From positions 11,346,001 to 11,410,000 of the forward strand of contig JBHGNT010000009.1 in the NCBI GenBank assembly GCA_043228905.1: a stretch of DNA of 64,000 bases. The letters run 5' to 3'. Source of the DNA: Azolla caroliniana (taxonomy: Eukaryota; Plantae; Polypodiophyta). Position numbers and translations under genes: made by a program. The notes under the pieces are model-generated. The model had not been told where the DNA came from, made no database searches, and saw only the letters and a list, made by a program, of their open reading frames with translations. Below are positions 48,691 to 63,200 of the stretch, in pieces (the first letter of the stretch is position 1; each line of letters begins with the position of its first letter).

Positions 48691-50799
48691 AGCATATCTT
48701 TTCAAAGGGTTTAGGAAGATGTATAAATATGAGGCCTAGCTTCCCTTTTAAGACACATTACGTTAGAAGGTTGAAGTCTTGAGACATTAGTCTTGTGTGC
48801 GAGGCTTTTGTCACGAAGATTTTGTTACCTCTTCCACGACAGTAGTCATCCTAATATGAATTAGTATGGGATGTCAGTCGTAGGTTGACTATGTCTTGAT
48901 CATAGCTCGGGGTGGCCAGGAGGATCCATTCGCCTTTTTTACTTTAATTGATAATTGATTGATAAGAGTTTCTTAACAATGAACATTCCCCTTTTGCAAT
49001 TTGCTCCATGTGATGAGACATGTAATAAGACCATGATACAAGAGATGGAGAATCAAATACCTATTCCCCAAGTTTTGAATCATGGTCTCAGTATGTGGCT
49101 CATACTACCTTGGACATGTGTTAAATCAGTTGCATCTTTTACAATTGCATATGTGGTGTTCAAAAACTAGTTTATTAGGGGAAAAAATACACTTTTCAAT
49201 GGGCTTATAGTGGGCTCATGCTTAGTCCAGGTTATTAAACTATTATGTGTATATGTATGTTTGTGCAAATGCATATGAACACACACCTATATTTAATTTA
49301 TGCGTAACATGGGTATACAAATTTGCAACTGAGCATTTGAGTAAATCTAATTAAGTAACTACATACAAACAAGAATATTTGAATTGATCATTATAAATGC
49401 ACTTTAATATGAAAAATAAAATTTTGAGAATAAAATATGTTTGAATGATTATAACAAAAGCTATAAGGCAAGAAACGACATGAAAGATAAACAAATTTGT
49501 TAAAGGCATGTGTAGAAGACATCATGATTGGACATTGTCCTCATGGAGACTAACCTCACAACAAAGGCATTTTTTGGTGAATGTTATTTAATTACTCTAC
49601 CCTTTTCAAGCTAGCGATATACACAAATAGTTACATGATATATCTATTCTTTCTTTGGTATTACGCAATGTAGTTTTTATATGTCTCTTCCAATTATATA
49701 TCCCTTGTTTTCATTTATCTCATCTTGTGGCATACACATTTGTAGGTTAATTGCTAAAAATGTACAAGTTGTTTCTACTCAATTGTAGTAGGTGTTAGCC
49801 TCCAATTGATGCAGTCAAGCTTTCAAGACTTAACTGATGCATTTTTGGAAGAAAAAAAAAACTTAACTGATGCTTTATTTTGGTGTTAGGTATCATATTG
49901 AACTACTCAATGGTTTATTGCCTTAAATGTAATGCACCAAGAGCTATAGATTTGGCAAATACTTTATCATCCATCAAATATATTCAACCTATATGTGTGG
50001 AACTTACCGATCCTTAGGAAAATATACACTTGAAGAAGTTATTATCTCACTCTTTTTGCAAAATTCTATGTGTAGAACTTTTACAAAGTCAATCGATGAG
50101 TTGCTCTCATGTATAAAATTCATAACATTATAAAACTAATGCTTTCTCAAAAGTTTTTGTGTCCCAAGCATATAAGTGATGAGAATAGTAGTATTAAAGT
50201 GTCTCCTAAATAATCCCTAAGATGTGTCATTTTTAAAGGACTATGTAACCAACATTATAAGGCACTGACATCTGTATGTGTGCATGTCTACACATGTTTG
50301 AAAATGTGAATGGGCTAGTTATCATGGTGGCACAAATTTGTTGACCTCGAGAAGGACAGGGATACTATGCATACATACATTATATCAATGATATTCAAAC
50401 ATGATTGATGGGAGTTTTCTTTATTAGGGGGATTCATTATAATCTATGTTTCAATTTATGCCTATATCAATATTTTGCATGTAAATGTCAAACATTAAAC
50501 TTGACACTATGAAACATTAGAGCTTCATTAGTCAACATAAAGCATTGAACCATTTTGATTATTCATGATCTTACTTTACACATGATAAACATCATCTCTT
50601 TTTGTATTTTTTCGGTTCACCTAACTAGCATATCCTTGAATCAAGCTATTACAATCGTTACAATCATAATACAAATTAATAACATTGTGTGGGGATGTGG
50701 TTAACATGAATAGGTTCAATACATAATCAACACATTTCACAGATGGAGAGAAGAGTAATTCCACACCCATTTGCACACAATATATATTGTATGAAGTTT

Positions 50800-53700
50800 G
50801 AACTATATATGTTAAAACAAAAATTATATATGTCAATGGTTTAGCAATGTCTATTGTATGCACTTGACATGAATATGATGTTTACAAACAATTTCTAGTG
50901 TTTTGGAAAAAAAAATCTTGTTATAACATAGTAGGTGCTATGCGCATAGACTTATGTGTAAGCATGCACAAGAGTTATTAAAATAATATCTAGATTGCTC
51001 TATGGTTGAGAAATCGTAAAACATGTCAAAATATAGGCCATGTTGTGTTAATGACGAATTATCCGACATCCTCTTGTTAATAGTAGTATCATATGATCTA
51101 AATATAGTAGTAGTTGAATACTCTTAATTTCTACTCCTTTATTCCAACCTAAATTGTAATGAACCATTTTATTATCCTCAAAACTGAAACATATTCACAT
51201 TTTGTATTTGGAGTTTATTAATGACTATAACTGCTCACTAATTTTTACTAATGAGCATTTGTAATTGAGAATGCAAATTACAATAGAAACAAAGATTTTG
51301 GGTATGAGTAGGTCAAGGTTGAAGAAGATGGGAAAGCAAGCTTGCTTGTGGCAAAACATGCATAATCTAGAAGTCTCCATGTCAATGTCCCAACACCCCG
51401 ACCTCATATCAAAGAGAATATGGGCTAAGAAGTATTAGCAATGGTGTGTGGTTGATTGCACACGATGGGATTCCTATAGTGACATGTGAATGGTGCAGTT
51501 TACCCATTTGAAGAAGAAGAAGGTTTTGTGGTTTGGTTTAGCATAAGAAATATAATGTGTGGAGCTTGAGCTTCCACATCTTTACTAAGATGTGATTGAT
51601 GCATTGACATTGCAAAAAGAACTCATTCATTGAGGAACCTTTTTAAGGTATCAAGATGCCAACCAATGCATCATCTTCCAAACAATTTGTAGCCATCTAG
51701 AGCTCAATATTTTGCTTTTTTGGGTTTTATGTGCGTTTATTACTTGCTTTCCTTGAAATTCTAGGCAATATGTGATAAAGTTTATTTTTAACCTTAAGTA
51801 GTAGAGTGTGTGTGTGATATTGTACTTTCACAATTGAATATCAAGTATGTATGACCAATGGCACCAAAGTTTGTAGCATTTTTCACATTTTGTGTGTGGA
51901 GTTAATATTTGCAATTGTTGATGTTCAATCACCCATTGGTTTAATTAGAAATAACTGTATGATTTATTCAGTCACCTCACTTGGAGTGCTCTTGTAAATC
52001 CTAATTTCACCATGCATTGTAAGAAGAATACTTTCTTTAGAAACCTTTCATAAAAACATCATGACAAATACGTATTTATGGTTTTATGATAGCGCCACAA
52101 GCTACATGAGTAATGGGAGGACCTAATCGTGTATAGTTCTCCTATGGTAGTAGAAAGTACATACTTTCTTGATAGTAAAAGTGGTTAGATATATCAACGT
52201 CTGCAATCAATTTGATCCTAAAGATTGGAATAAAAGTTTGCAACATTGTCAGTAGAGTGAAATAAATACAATGAACAAGTGTATATGGCTACACCATGGT
52301 ACCTAGTGAAAGAATATTAATCCTCTAGACATCAAATTGGCATGTGTGCATAGTTTTTCACTCACTAGATTGAGAGGGTAGCCTTAGATCCCCGTTTAAT
52401 ATGTTAAAGCATACATTGCTAAAGTATATGGATCATATTTATATCCAAGTTATTTTCATTATTTTTCCCTATCACTTGCTACGTTTCGTGGTGGAGTCTT
52501 GTCTTTGGACAAACTTCAATATGGGGCTCAAATGAACGATTCACATAAATCTATCACATGGACAATATTTCTTACCTTTCAATATTTCATTTTTCTATGG
52601 TTTAATTTCAATATGGGATTGGAGAGTTCCAATTGAGTAGACAAGAAGAAAATATTGTTATTCTTTCCTCTCTACCTTCGGGTTTTAGAGTATTTTTCAC
52701 GATCTCTAAACCATAAAATTTAAAATTTCAATTTTAATGCAAGTTTTTTCTAGATTTTCTTTTTTACTAATATAAATCGTCATAACTATAAATATAATGA
52801 CATTCTCAACCTTATGTATATTTGGGTACTGGCAAAACTTCCCATGTGCTTAATTAGGACATGCCTCTTTGTAGAGATGAGAATGAAGAGTGGATCGCCA
52901 TAGAGTAGGTGGTTGATGGTATTGGTATCATGATCAATATATTCAATGGGTAGATAACAATTGTCATTCACATAAAGTTCCTTAAAACCTCAACGCAACC
53001 CATGCAACGCAAGGAAAGAAAATATTTGGCTTAATCTTTTGATGAATAAGGCATGGTATCATAGTGGGTTGGAAATAAACATGTTTGTTAAAGCCTTGAA
53101 AATGACATTTAAAGGTGTATTCAATATGGAAAATGGTTGATCTCGTAATGAATGTGATCAAGTATATGCATAACAAAGCTAATATTCCCATCAACGATGT
53201 GCTTGTTCCTCGTCTATTTAATAATGGCACACATAAATTTATGCAACAAATTTGTATTGATTATTAGAAACTCCAAAACTTTTGATATAATTCCCAATGT
53301 CATGAATGGACCCATGGACCCACATAAGCAAGTTTGGTCTTGTATGAAGAAATATATGTGAAACTTTCATCCGATGGAACCTTCACTACTATAGATATTA
53401 AAGCCTTTTGGTCGTGTTGCTTAAACATCAACCATAGTTGACAATTAGTGATTGATCTTATCTATATTGTTGTCAATCATTAGACATTCCTAATATTGTT
53501 TGGGATCAGATTTTTGATCTAGCATTGTTACACCTTGTGTGTATTCATATGGCTAATTGCAACAGGGTGTGTTATCCCTTTGATAATATGTAACACTTCT
53601 AATTGTGGGGGTTCTAATGGCGCTCATGATCACAATCTTTGAAATTTGGTAACACGCTTAAAATAATATCATTATCATGTAATAATGGTATATATTCTCA

Positions 53701-54165
53701 AATATTTATTCTTAATTTCTTTACTAATAATATTAGTTGAAATTTAATTGAAATTTTAAACAATAACCTTTATTAAATACATGCTTTTAAGAAGTGTATA
53801 ACTCTAGGTTTGATTTTAATGTTTTAAGTTTTAAGTTAAAACTAAATTTTTTTACTTACATAAAATTTTAAGTTAAAATTAAATTTTTACTAACCTTTTT
53901 TCATACTTATTAGTAAAAACATTAACATGATATTAATTTTATGTATTTTATTATCTTTGTGAGGTAGTTATGTTTATTTGTGCATCTTTGTGCACTTTCT
54001 ATAGTAATGAAATGTATAACAATGAAGCATCATATAGAACTTTCATTATTAAAATTTGTATGTCAAATGACAGGTTAGTTTTTGCACTCTTGTGTCATAT
54101 GACATACATCTTTAAAAAATGCCTGTCAAAAAACTTTTATACTAACCCGTCAAATCCAGGCCCTG
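50800..54165 (+). pseudogene. Highly decayed hAT transposase region with possible right TIR
   Basis: VDCTRWDSY at ~51451 (TRWNS motif), VPSERI at ~52300 (dimerization motif), and ...TCCAGGCCCTG at 54165 with TGTCA subterminal repeats; boundaries uncertain. Confidence 0.5.
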
Positions 54166-54281
54166 AAAAGAAGATTTGAACATTTGAGTCCTCATTATTT
54201 TGAATGTGAATGGGTTCATTTAAAACCCTTTAAGACACAACAATGTCACAAAGCCACAAATAAGATGTAAATGTTGGTAAT

Positions 54282-54850
54282 CATAGTTCTAGCCATACGT
54301 CCCATTCGTGTCATACTCAAACGCCAATATTCGTATCATACTCATACGTGAAAAGGCTCCAAGTATGATTGAAATCCATACGCGGTACATAGATATATTA
54401 TATATACATATGGTGTATATGGTGTACATAGTGTGTGTGTGTGAGGGGGAGAGAGAGAGAGAGCGTGTGTGGTCTAGAGAGAGAAGCCCTGTTTTGCATG
54501 TGTGAGGAGACAGTGATTGAGTGTATATCTAGACTCTAGAGAGAGAGAGAGAGAGAGAGGAGCTATGGGTTTTGTCTGTGTGAGGGAGTATGTAATATGT
54601 ATATTAGATATCTAGATTTTGTAGAGAGAGAAAATCTGTCAGTTCTCGTGTGTGTGAGAGAGAGAGTGTGTATGTGTGTCAGATGTCACTTCTATTCACA
54701 AAATATTATGAATATCAAAAATTAAAAAAACCAAAAAAAAAGTCAAAAAAAAAAAGAAAAGCCAAACGAATATCGCGTATCATACGCGTACGTTTGCAAA
54801 CGTTCGCGTACGTCCAGTAAATTGGACGTACGCGAATATTAGGAACTATG
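54282..54850. mobile_element. Non-autonomous hAT element / MITE
   Basis: TIR CATAGTTC / GAACTATG, perfect 8-bp TSD TTGGTAAT, CATACG/CGTACG subterminal repeats. Confidence 0.88.
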
Positions 54851-54981
54851 TTGGTAATAGGTGAAGGTCTAACAATAAGTTATGGTTCATTGGAGAAGAA
54901 CACCCAAGGTATTTTTCTTCGATGACTAGACATACCCCTAGAGGCTACAACCAACAAAATGGAACACATTCTCCATGGAAA

Positions 54982-54984
<3 letters not shown>

Positions 54985-55065
<81 letters not shown>
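54985..55065. repeat. (TG)n(GA)n compound microsatellite at the LINE 3' end
   Basis: Read directly from the sequence. Confidence 0.95.
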
Positions 55066-58000
55066 TTTTATTATTGTCTTCGGAGGTCAAATATGACTTA
55101 TGAGACCAAAAATATTACATTTCACGTGATACATGTGAAAGTGAGTAGCGACTCTCGATGTTCAAGAACTTTACCAATGAATGTTGCAATCGAGAGTGCA
55201 CATTGTGGTTGTGACAGAAATTCTTGCAAGGATTGGGCTTGGTCGAAGATATGTGGAAAGCATGGTTTAATATGATCAAAGGAAGAAGAGCATTGTATCA
55301 TTGTGTGATACTCAGACTCTCGAACTTGTTTAGGGCAAAGTGTGCATAGTCGACCACTCTCATCACGTGTGTCCCACCGCCCCATCTCACATCGCAATGC
55401 ATGTAAGCTAAGTTGCATGGAAGCAATGGTTGGAATGGCAGATAACGGAATGGACTCTAACATGTATCGATGTGTACGGTTTCCCCCTTCTATGAAGAAT
55501 ATAGTTTTGTAGTTAGGTGCAACATGTCTAGTATAATGTGTGAAGCGTGAGCCTCCACATTTGTCCCATGTCATGATACATTGGCGTTGCAAAAATGCCT
55601 CATTTATAGAGGAATCTAGTGATGCATCATGAAGCAAGTGTCTACGAAGAATATAGTTCTATAGTTAGGTGCAACATGTGTAGTATAATGTGTAAAGCGT
55701 GAGCCTCCACATTTTTCCCATGTCATGATTGGCGTTGCAAAAAGGCCTCATTTATAGAGAAATCTAGTGATGCATCATAAAGCAAGTGTCTTGCATCCCA
55801 TCTACGAAACCATTTTTCTATATCTTGCATCCAACCAGAACACAAAATTTTGTTTTTATGCGTCTTTTGGATCTTTTTGCTTGATTCCCATGCAATTCTA
55901 GGAAGTTGATGTGAGGGACTTTTTTGAACCTTAAGCATTCATTCAACAACCCTCTCCATGGCCATGGTCTCAATGGGAAGCGATCCCGTCTCAAGGAAGA
56001 GGGTGTAGGGCATTTGTTTCTTAACTTGTAGAAACTTTGTAAGAAAATGTTTCTGAACATTTTCAAAATCTTTACACATAGATTTAGGGATGCTACCGCC
56101 CCATACTTCCACCCTATAGAGAAGAACCGGTGTCACCAAAGTGTCGAAAAGATATTTCTTGAGGACCCAACACTTAATATCTCTAAGATTGCATGTGTTC
56201 TCAAATGCATAGTATGCTCGCTTACCCGTCTCTAAACGGCGTTTAGCACATTCATTCCATTTATGATTTGAAAGAGCTTCAAGGCCAAGATATTTGAAGC
56301 TTTCAAGTGGCTCATTGTTGTACATAATGCATGGTTTATCTCTTTTTTGGCTCTTCACAAGCATAATCTTTGTTTTAGAGCTATTGACACTTAATTTAAT
56401 ATGCATGCAAAAATTTCCAATGCCTTCATATGCTTTTGTGCATCTCCTAAATTATTTGCAAAAAGCACTACATCATCTGCATATAGCAAAAGCATAATCA
56501 TAACATTCACAGTGGCAACTTCTTCAACACATTCTTACTTTACAAACTTGGTAATCATTTCTTCTAATTCATCAATGTATAGACCAAATAGTGTTGGTGA
56601 GAGTGGGCATCCTTGCTTAACATCAATAGTGCTTTTGAAAAAAATTGAAAGTCATATATGCACACAACATATAACCTTCTCATAATTTCAGGAAATTGCA
56701 AGCATATATTCACATGCGCCTTCAAAGATGCCCACAAGGTACCATATCAAAAGCTTTCTTGAAGTCTACAAAGCAACAAAATAAACCTTTACCTCTAAAA
56801 CAACTTTCCTCCATTAATACTCTAAAGGTGACAAGGTGATCAATGGTGCTATGGTGTTTTCGAAAGCCAGCTTGTCCATAAGCTCTCTTACCATTTTTTT
56901 CAGCCCATGCAGTTATCTTTGATTCTATTATACACCCAAATAGTTTTGACATTAATGAGCGAACCATGATGGTTCGATAATTGTTTACATTGTTTACATC
57001 TCCACCTTTATGTAAAGGTTTGATCCAATTTGTAGTCCAATCGTACGTCATACCATGTTGCAATGCATCATTAAACATATCCCTTATCCATACATGTGCT
57101 TCCTTTCCCGTCCATTTGAGCATTTTAGCCTTTATACATTGAAGATTGCTTGCCTTTCGAGAGGCCAATTTCTTAAGTCCTATGCATATATCTTCAATTG
57201 TAAAGAAGGGAGACATATGTGAAAGAGAACCATAACACATCATCTTTTCGGCAAGAGATAACTCATATAAATTCTTACAATGCATAGACAAGTCGTGAAG
57301 AGTTAAGTCACCATAACTCTCAACACATTTCCCCTTTAGATTTCTCCAAAATTTAGCACATGCATGTGATTTCTCTTGCGTTTGGAGAAATTGTTGAGTA
57401 ACTTCCCATATTCTTCTCTTTCTTTGAATAAGCCTTTTATACTCATGGAAATGCTTTTGGTAATTCTCTTTATCCTTAACTACATCTAAAACCATAAGGA
57501 ACTTTCAAGCTTCACGACATTCTTTATCAAACCATTTTTACCTAAGTTTCTTGGTGCATTTCGAAGATGTGCAGTTGGTCGAAAAACAGTTGTTTGTACA
57601 GGAGAGAATGGCTTTCTTGAAAGCTTCCCATTTGCATTCTAGTGTGGCACTAGGTTGTATCTTTGTCATTTGTAACATATCCTCAACCATCTTAGAATAC
57701 ATGGGCACTCGCTTAAGGTTCATGTTCAAGTGCGGTTGTTTATTATCTTCAATGGCCTTATCACAATCAAACCTATGCATACATTTGAGGTCAATACATA
57801 AAGCCCTATGATCGGATTCTGGTGTCCATTCACCAAGTGAGACTTTATGTATAAGATCCAAAATACCTTCAGAAGGTAGTACATAGTAGTCAATCACACT
57901 ATTTCCGTTGTGTTTTCAACATGTAAAACCATTAGTGTTGGGTCATAAGGAAATACCATTTGCAATAAGCAATCGGTACTATGGCACATTTGTAGGAGTA

Positions 58001-58647
58001 ACTTCCCAAATTGGTCTGGAACTTTTTCATCGGTAGAAGAGCGGCTATACATTTGCATATCCTCTTGCATCCTTGAGATATGTGGCATAAAAGATTCTTG
58101 TGAATCAAGTTAGAAACTTCTTGTACGAGCATTCATGTCACCAAAGACAATAACTTCCCCTTGGGATTTGAAATAAGCAATATCATCTTCTAGATTGGCA
58201 AAAGGTTGATCTTTATCCAAACAAGCACAAAAGTTAGAATCTTGATGAGGAATGTAACATCCAACTATAAAAGTGGGCACATAATTAGGTGTTTCTATTT
58301 TGAGCCATATATAGCATTTATGTTCATCATTTTTTATGATTGACACATATTTCTCTATTTCCTTCTTAATCAAACATGTCACCCCTCATTGTCCTCTTGT
58401 TTGTCTTGGATTTTTCTCCCATATCAAAGAGTGTACATTATGGTTTCCTAAACCTTGTATCCTTTGAGTATCATGCTCCCATGTTTCAACAAGAAGTGCG
58501 ATATCCGAGTTATCAGTGAACTCCTCTATGACAAATCCTGCATTCCATGGGTATCCATTGCAATTCCAAAAGCATAGTCGTAAAAGGCGTGGGTTAGACT
58601 CATAGGTCATGTGTCCCTATTTGCCTACATTTCCATCTTTAGGCACA
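55066..58647 (-). mobile_element. Decayed non-L1 LINE (RTEX/L2-like): APE endonuclease, RT, C-terminal CCHC motif
   Basis: FWNCNG, VETW, GDMNAR, IDY and SDH endonuclease motifs; QAGFR, VDFKKAFD, QGCPLSP and YADD RT motifs; HALRCEMGRW..CTLC..ESEYH...C. Confidence 0.85.
55494..55791. repeat. ~150-bp tandem duplication in the LINE 3' region
   Basis: GAAGAATATAG...GCAAGTGTCT at 55494 and 55646. Confidence 0.85.
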
Positions 58648-60232
58648 TGTCACGGATGAACAATTGGAAGATAAAGAGATGGGGAAGTCGATGAGAATGA
58701 GTAAGAATATCTATTCCATGATTGGTGTTGATTTCCTTGATGTTAACAAGGGAGATCAAACCCTTTTTATACATGTAGTGAAGCATGATAAGCATGCTCA
58801 TGCCAAGTCTTACATACTATAATATCAAGCATACTAATTCTTGCATGCCAAGTCTTACATACTCAGTCTTCTATACTACTCTTTATGCAAAGGTTTAAAA
58901 TCTAAAGTTTGTCTAGAAGAAATATATATATACAAGAATCTAAGGCTAAAATTCAAGTCGATGTTCATGACATTATCCTCCCCTTAAGCGCCGACTTCAA
59001 GAAGGTGCGGGTTTGTCAGGATATCGGAGATGAAAATCATGAACCACTTCTAGGGCATTGAGTAAATTTCTAGCAGGCTCCCATGTGGCCTCAGAGATGG
59101 GATATCCTTTCCACAAGACCAGATACTGGAGCTTCCCGTCGACTCTAGAATGGTTTCGACTTCATACTCATCCCTAGTCGCCAAAGCCATAGGGGGGGGT
59201 GACTCGATGCTTCTTCTTGGAATTGAGGATGGATGATAGAGCTCAAGAAGTGATGCATGGAAGACATTGTGAATTCGGTAGTGTGATGGAAGCACAAGAC
59301 GGAAAGCCATAAGGTTGACTTTGTCAATGATGCGGAATAGACCCAACTTTTTGTAATCGAGTTTGTTGCATGGGCGAGTTGTTGGAATATGCCAACGTAA
59401 TAGCTAGACCATGTCACCAACTTTAAAACCAGGTGCAGCCCGCCGATGTCGGTCAACATTCTCTTTGTGTCGTTCTTGAGCAATGGAGAGTTCTACGGAT
59501 AGGTCATGATGCACTTCTTTCATCAGACGAGCTCATTCTTCAGTAGATGGATCTCAGAAGCAGTAGGGATAGCTATGCTAAAGCGTGGGTGGAACCCATA
59601 ATTTGCGAAGAAGGGTGTTACGCTAGTTGATGTGTGGAGAGTATTGTTGTAGGCGAACTCAGCCATTGGAAGAAATTTGATCCAATCATCTTGTTGATAA
59701 CTTATCATACATCGGAGATATTGCTTGAGGATTTGATTTACTCGTTCCGTTAGGCCGTATGTCTTAGGATGGAAGGCCGTTGAAAATTTTGTGGAAGTTC
59801 CAAGAGTCTGGAAGAGGCGTTTCTAGAAATGAGACATAAATTGGGCACCGTGATTAGAAATAATGCCATCTGGTAAACCGTGAAGGCGCACAATATTCGT
59901 TAACAATAGATCCGTTGTTTCCATCCTTGAAATTGCTTTAGAACATGGAATAAAATGTGCCATCTTTGTGAACCTATCAACCACCACCAATACTGAATTG
60001 AATCCCTCAATGTCGGGAAGGTCGGTGATAAAATCCGTCGAGATGGAGGCCCATGGCCTATTTGGAATTGGTAGAAGTTGAAGTAGACCGTAAGGACAAT
60101 GATGTATTGCTTTGGCATGAGCACATGTATCACATGTTTTCACGAATTGTTTAACAAGTTTCGAAGGTTGTGGCCACCAATAACTTCTAGAGATTAACAC
60201 CAAAGTTTTTGCAACACCAAAATGTCCAGTTC
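58648..60232 (-). mobile_element. Element K: Tcn1-like chromovirus 3' fragment (integrase, chromodomain, PPT, 3' LTR 58648-58972)
   Basis: GHFG, STDFITDLP, FHASLL and EYEVETIL motifs; PPT TAAGGGGGAGGATAA; TGTCA...TGACA ends. Confidence 0.88.
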
Positions 60233-63200
60233 TTACGCATACGCTTCCGCACACGTATTCTTTTACATGGTATCAGAGTGCGAGGGTTGAGACTCCTCTG
60301 TAGCCAACATAAAAGCTTGCGATAAGATAGAGTTAAGTTGTTGTTTTTGGAAAGGATAAGACAGTAATATGGACAGAGGAATGGGAAGCTCGCTACCGAT
60401 TGAGAAGCCCAACATGAGCAACTATGCATCTTGGTCATACAAGATGCACCCGTATCTGCTTGGTCATGGTTACTGGAGTTATGACGAAGGAGCTAATGAT
60501 GCATCACCCGAATTGACACACAAAGATTTTTCGGCTTGGGAACAAGCGGCAAGCAGAGTTCTTTACTGCTTCGTGTCCTGTGTGAGCGACCAGCTCTTGA
60601 GCTACATTCGAGATGCTAAGACACCTAAGGACGTGTGGGCAAATCGCAAGAGGATTTTCGCTGCTAGCACAACGGCTAAGAAGCTGCAACTCAGACTGGA
60701 GCTCATCAATGTCTGACAGAAAAATTTGTCTGTGGCCAATTACACGACCCGAATCAAGGAGATCTGTGACTCTCTCACCTCCGTCAATGTGAACATTGAG
60801 GAGGAAGAAATGGTGTAGGTGTGTCTTGGTGGGTTAGCATCAAAGATCGGAGTGTTCCGGACAATGGTCTACACCAGGGAGATTACGTCTTCGTTCTTCA
60901 AGCTTCAGTCGATGTTGCTCGTGGAGGAAAATCTTGCGGGTGCGTCAACGAGTATGCACACCAACAACAAGATGTAGTACACGGAGGAAGATAAGCCCTA
61001 TAGTCATGGCAGATAAGGTAAATCGGAAAGAATAGAACGTGCGGCATAATCGAAATGCCGGAAGTAATTCTGAACCCTCCAGAAGCAGGGGGAGTCACAA
61101 CGGCGCCAGAAGCCGACAAGAGAAGGCCGCGACGGAATGCTGGTACTGTGGTAAGAAAGGCCACAGGGAGAGCGAGTGCTGGAAGAAGAGAGAGGACAAA
61201 GCCGAATCGAGTGGAAGAGACACGGGAAGGCGTCAGAAATCGCACTACGTCGACGGCTCTAAACGACCTGGAAATGGATCGGGCCCAGCCTTTGTAATGA
61301 AACGGGAAAAACAAGGAGTGGTCGAAATGGGAGACAACACTCCACATACCATCGAACATGTCGGAGAAGTTCCTCTTAGTCGCATTGGGCAGAAAGGGAA
61401 ACTTATGAACGTATTGCAGATCCCGACAATAACCAAGAACCTGGTGTCGGTCGAACAAATCGTCGACTAGGGGCTGCAAGTTCGATTCACGCACCTCGGG
61501 TGCTACATCGAAGAGGAAGGCCAAGTCATTGCGCAAGGGCACCGTGAAGGGAGGATGTTCAACCTCGACACTAATGAAGCCGGAACCGCGTTGTTCACGA
61601 AAGGACAGAAGTTAGAGTCAGACATCGACCTGTGGCACAAGTGGTTCGGCCACGTTAACTTCCCACGGCCTCGCGAAATGCAGACAAAGAACATTGTTTT
61701 TGGCTTGCCAAAATTTCAAGGCCGTAATGGCCAAGTCTATGAAGCCTGCCAACTCAGGAAGCAGCACCGACTTGCATTCCCCAACGAGCGTAATCGTTGT
61801 CAAAATTCGCTGGATTTGATCCATTTGGATGTGTGGGGAATGGCGTGGCCGAGCGGAAGAATCGGACAATCGAAGAAGCGGCTAGGGCAATGCCGAAGTT
61901 TTACTGGGCTGAAGCCGTAAGGACGGCTATTTATTTGCAGAATCAAACTTCTGCTAATGGAGGAGTGTTGCCACACAAGTTGTATTACGGCAAGAAGCCG
62001 AACTTGGCACACTTGAGGATTTTCGGCAGCATTACGTATGTGCATGTGCCGAAGGAGAAATGGAGGAAGATGGACGCCAAAGCCAAGAAATATATCTTTG
62101 TCAGCTATTCAGACGAGCAAAAGGGGTATAAGTGATATAACCCCTGAACGAAGGAAGTTCGCGTAAGACGAGATGTCGCGTTCGACGAGTCCGCTTCGTG
62201 GTACTTGCCTTCACCTCCAATACCTCAAGACTCCATTCTGAATTCTGAAGAAGAGATCAATGAGGCTGAGATACCTCTGCATGATGATGATATCGGAGTC
62301 TAACAGAGAATCCGATCTCATTTCAGCTAAGTGGGACGAATGAGGAGTTGGGCCGAAATAGCCAACCAAATGAAGAGCCGGTGAGTAGTGGAGACTCGGC
62401 CATGTTGTTCCCGCGTATAGAACCAAGGGGACGGTTTATGCGTAAAGAAAAAGGGAAGAAGAAAATGTCGAACTATGATTTCGGTAGTGTCGAGTCAGAT
62501 CGAAGAGAATCTGACTTCGGGCCAATTGAGAAGGAACCTCCACAGAAGGGGTTGAAATCGACCGAAAAGGTCGTGAAATCGGGTAATCACGAATTACGCC
62601 GATCTAACCGCCTAAAGAACCCTGTAAAGAGGTACATGGCACACCATTACGTGTACATGACATGAGTGGCGGAAGTGCGTGAGCCGGAGAGCTACGTAGA
62701 AGCGGTGAAAGACGCCAATTGGCGTGCCGCGATGGAGGAAGAGATGCGCCCTTTAACGGACAATGAGACTTGGGACCTGGTTGACGTACCAAAAGGTGTA
62801 AAGCCGATCGGATGTAGATGGGTGTATAAGGTGAAATACAACACCGATAGCTCCATCAACCGATATAAGGCCCGTTTGGTTGCGAAAGGCTATGCACAGA
62901 AGCACGACGTAGACTACGACGAGACCTTTGCACCAGTCGTAAAGATGACTACCGTGCGAGTTCTACTAGCCGTAGTTGTGGCAAAGGGGTGGCATCTACA
63001 TCAGATGGATATAAAGAATGCGTTCTTGGAAGTTGATCTTGAGCAACAGGTGTACATGGTACAACCCCCCGGATTTCTATCCGAACAGAACACTTTGGCG
63101 GTCTACTAATTGAAGAAGGAGTTATATGGCCTCAAGCAAGCCCCGCGAACTTGGAACGCGAAGAATATGCAACAGGTGCGTAGAATGGGGTTTACGACGT

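Noticed and set aside
48700-50800. AT-rich region as a possible host gene or intron
   Set aside because: No convincing ORF, exon structure or recognisable motif; left unannotated.
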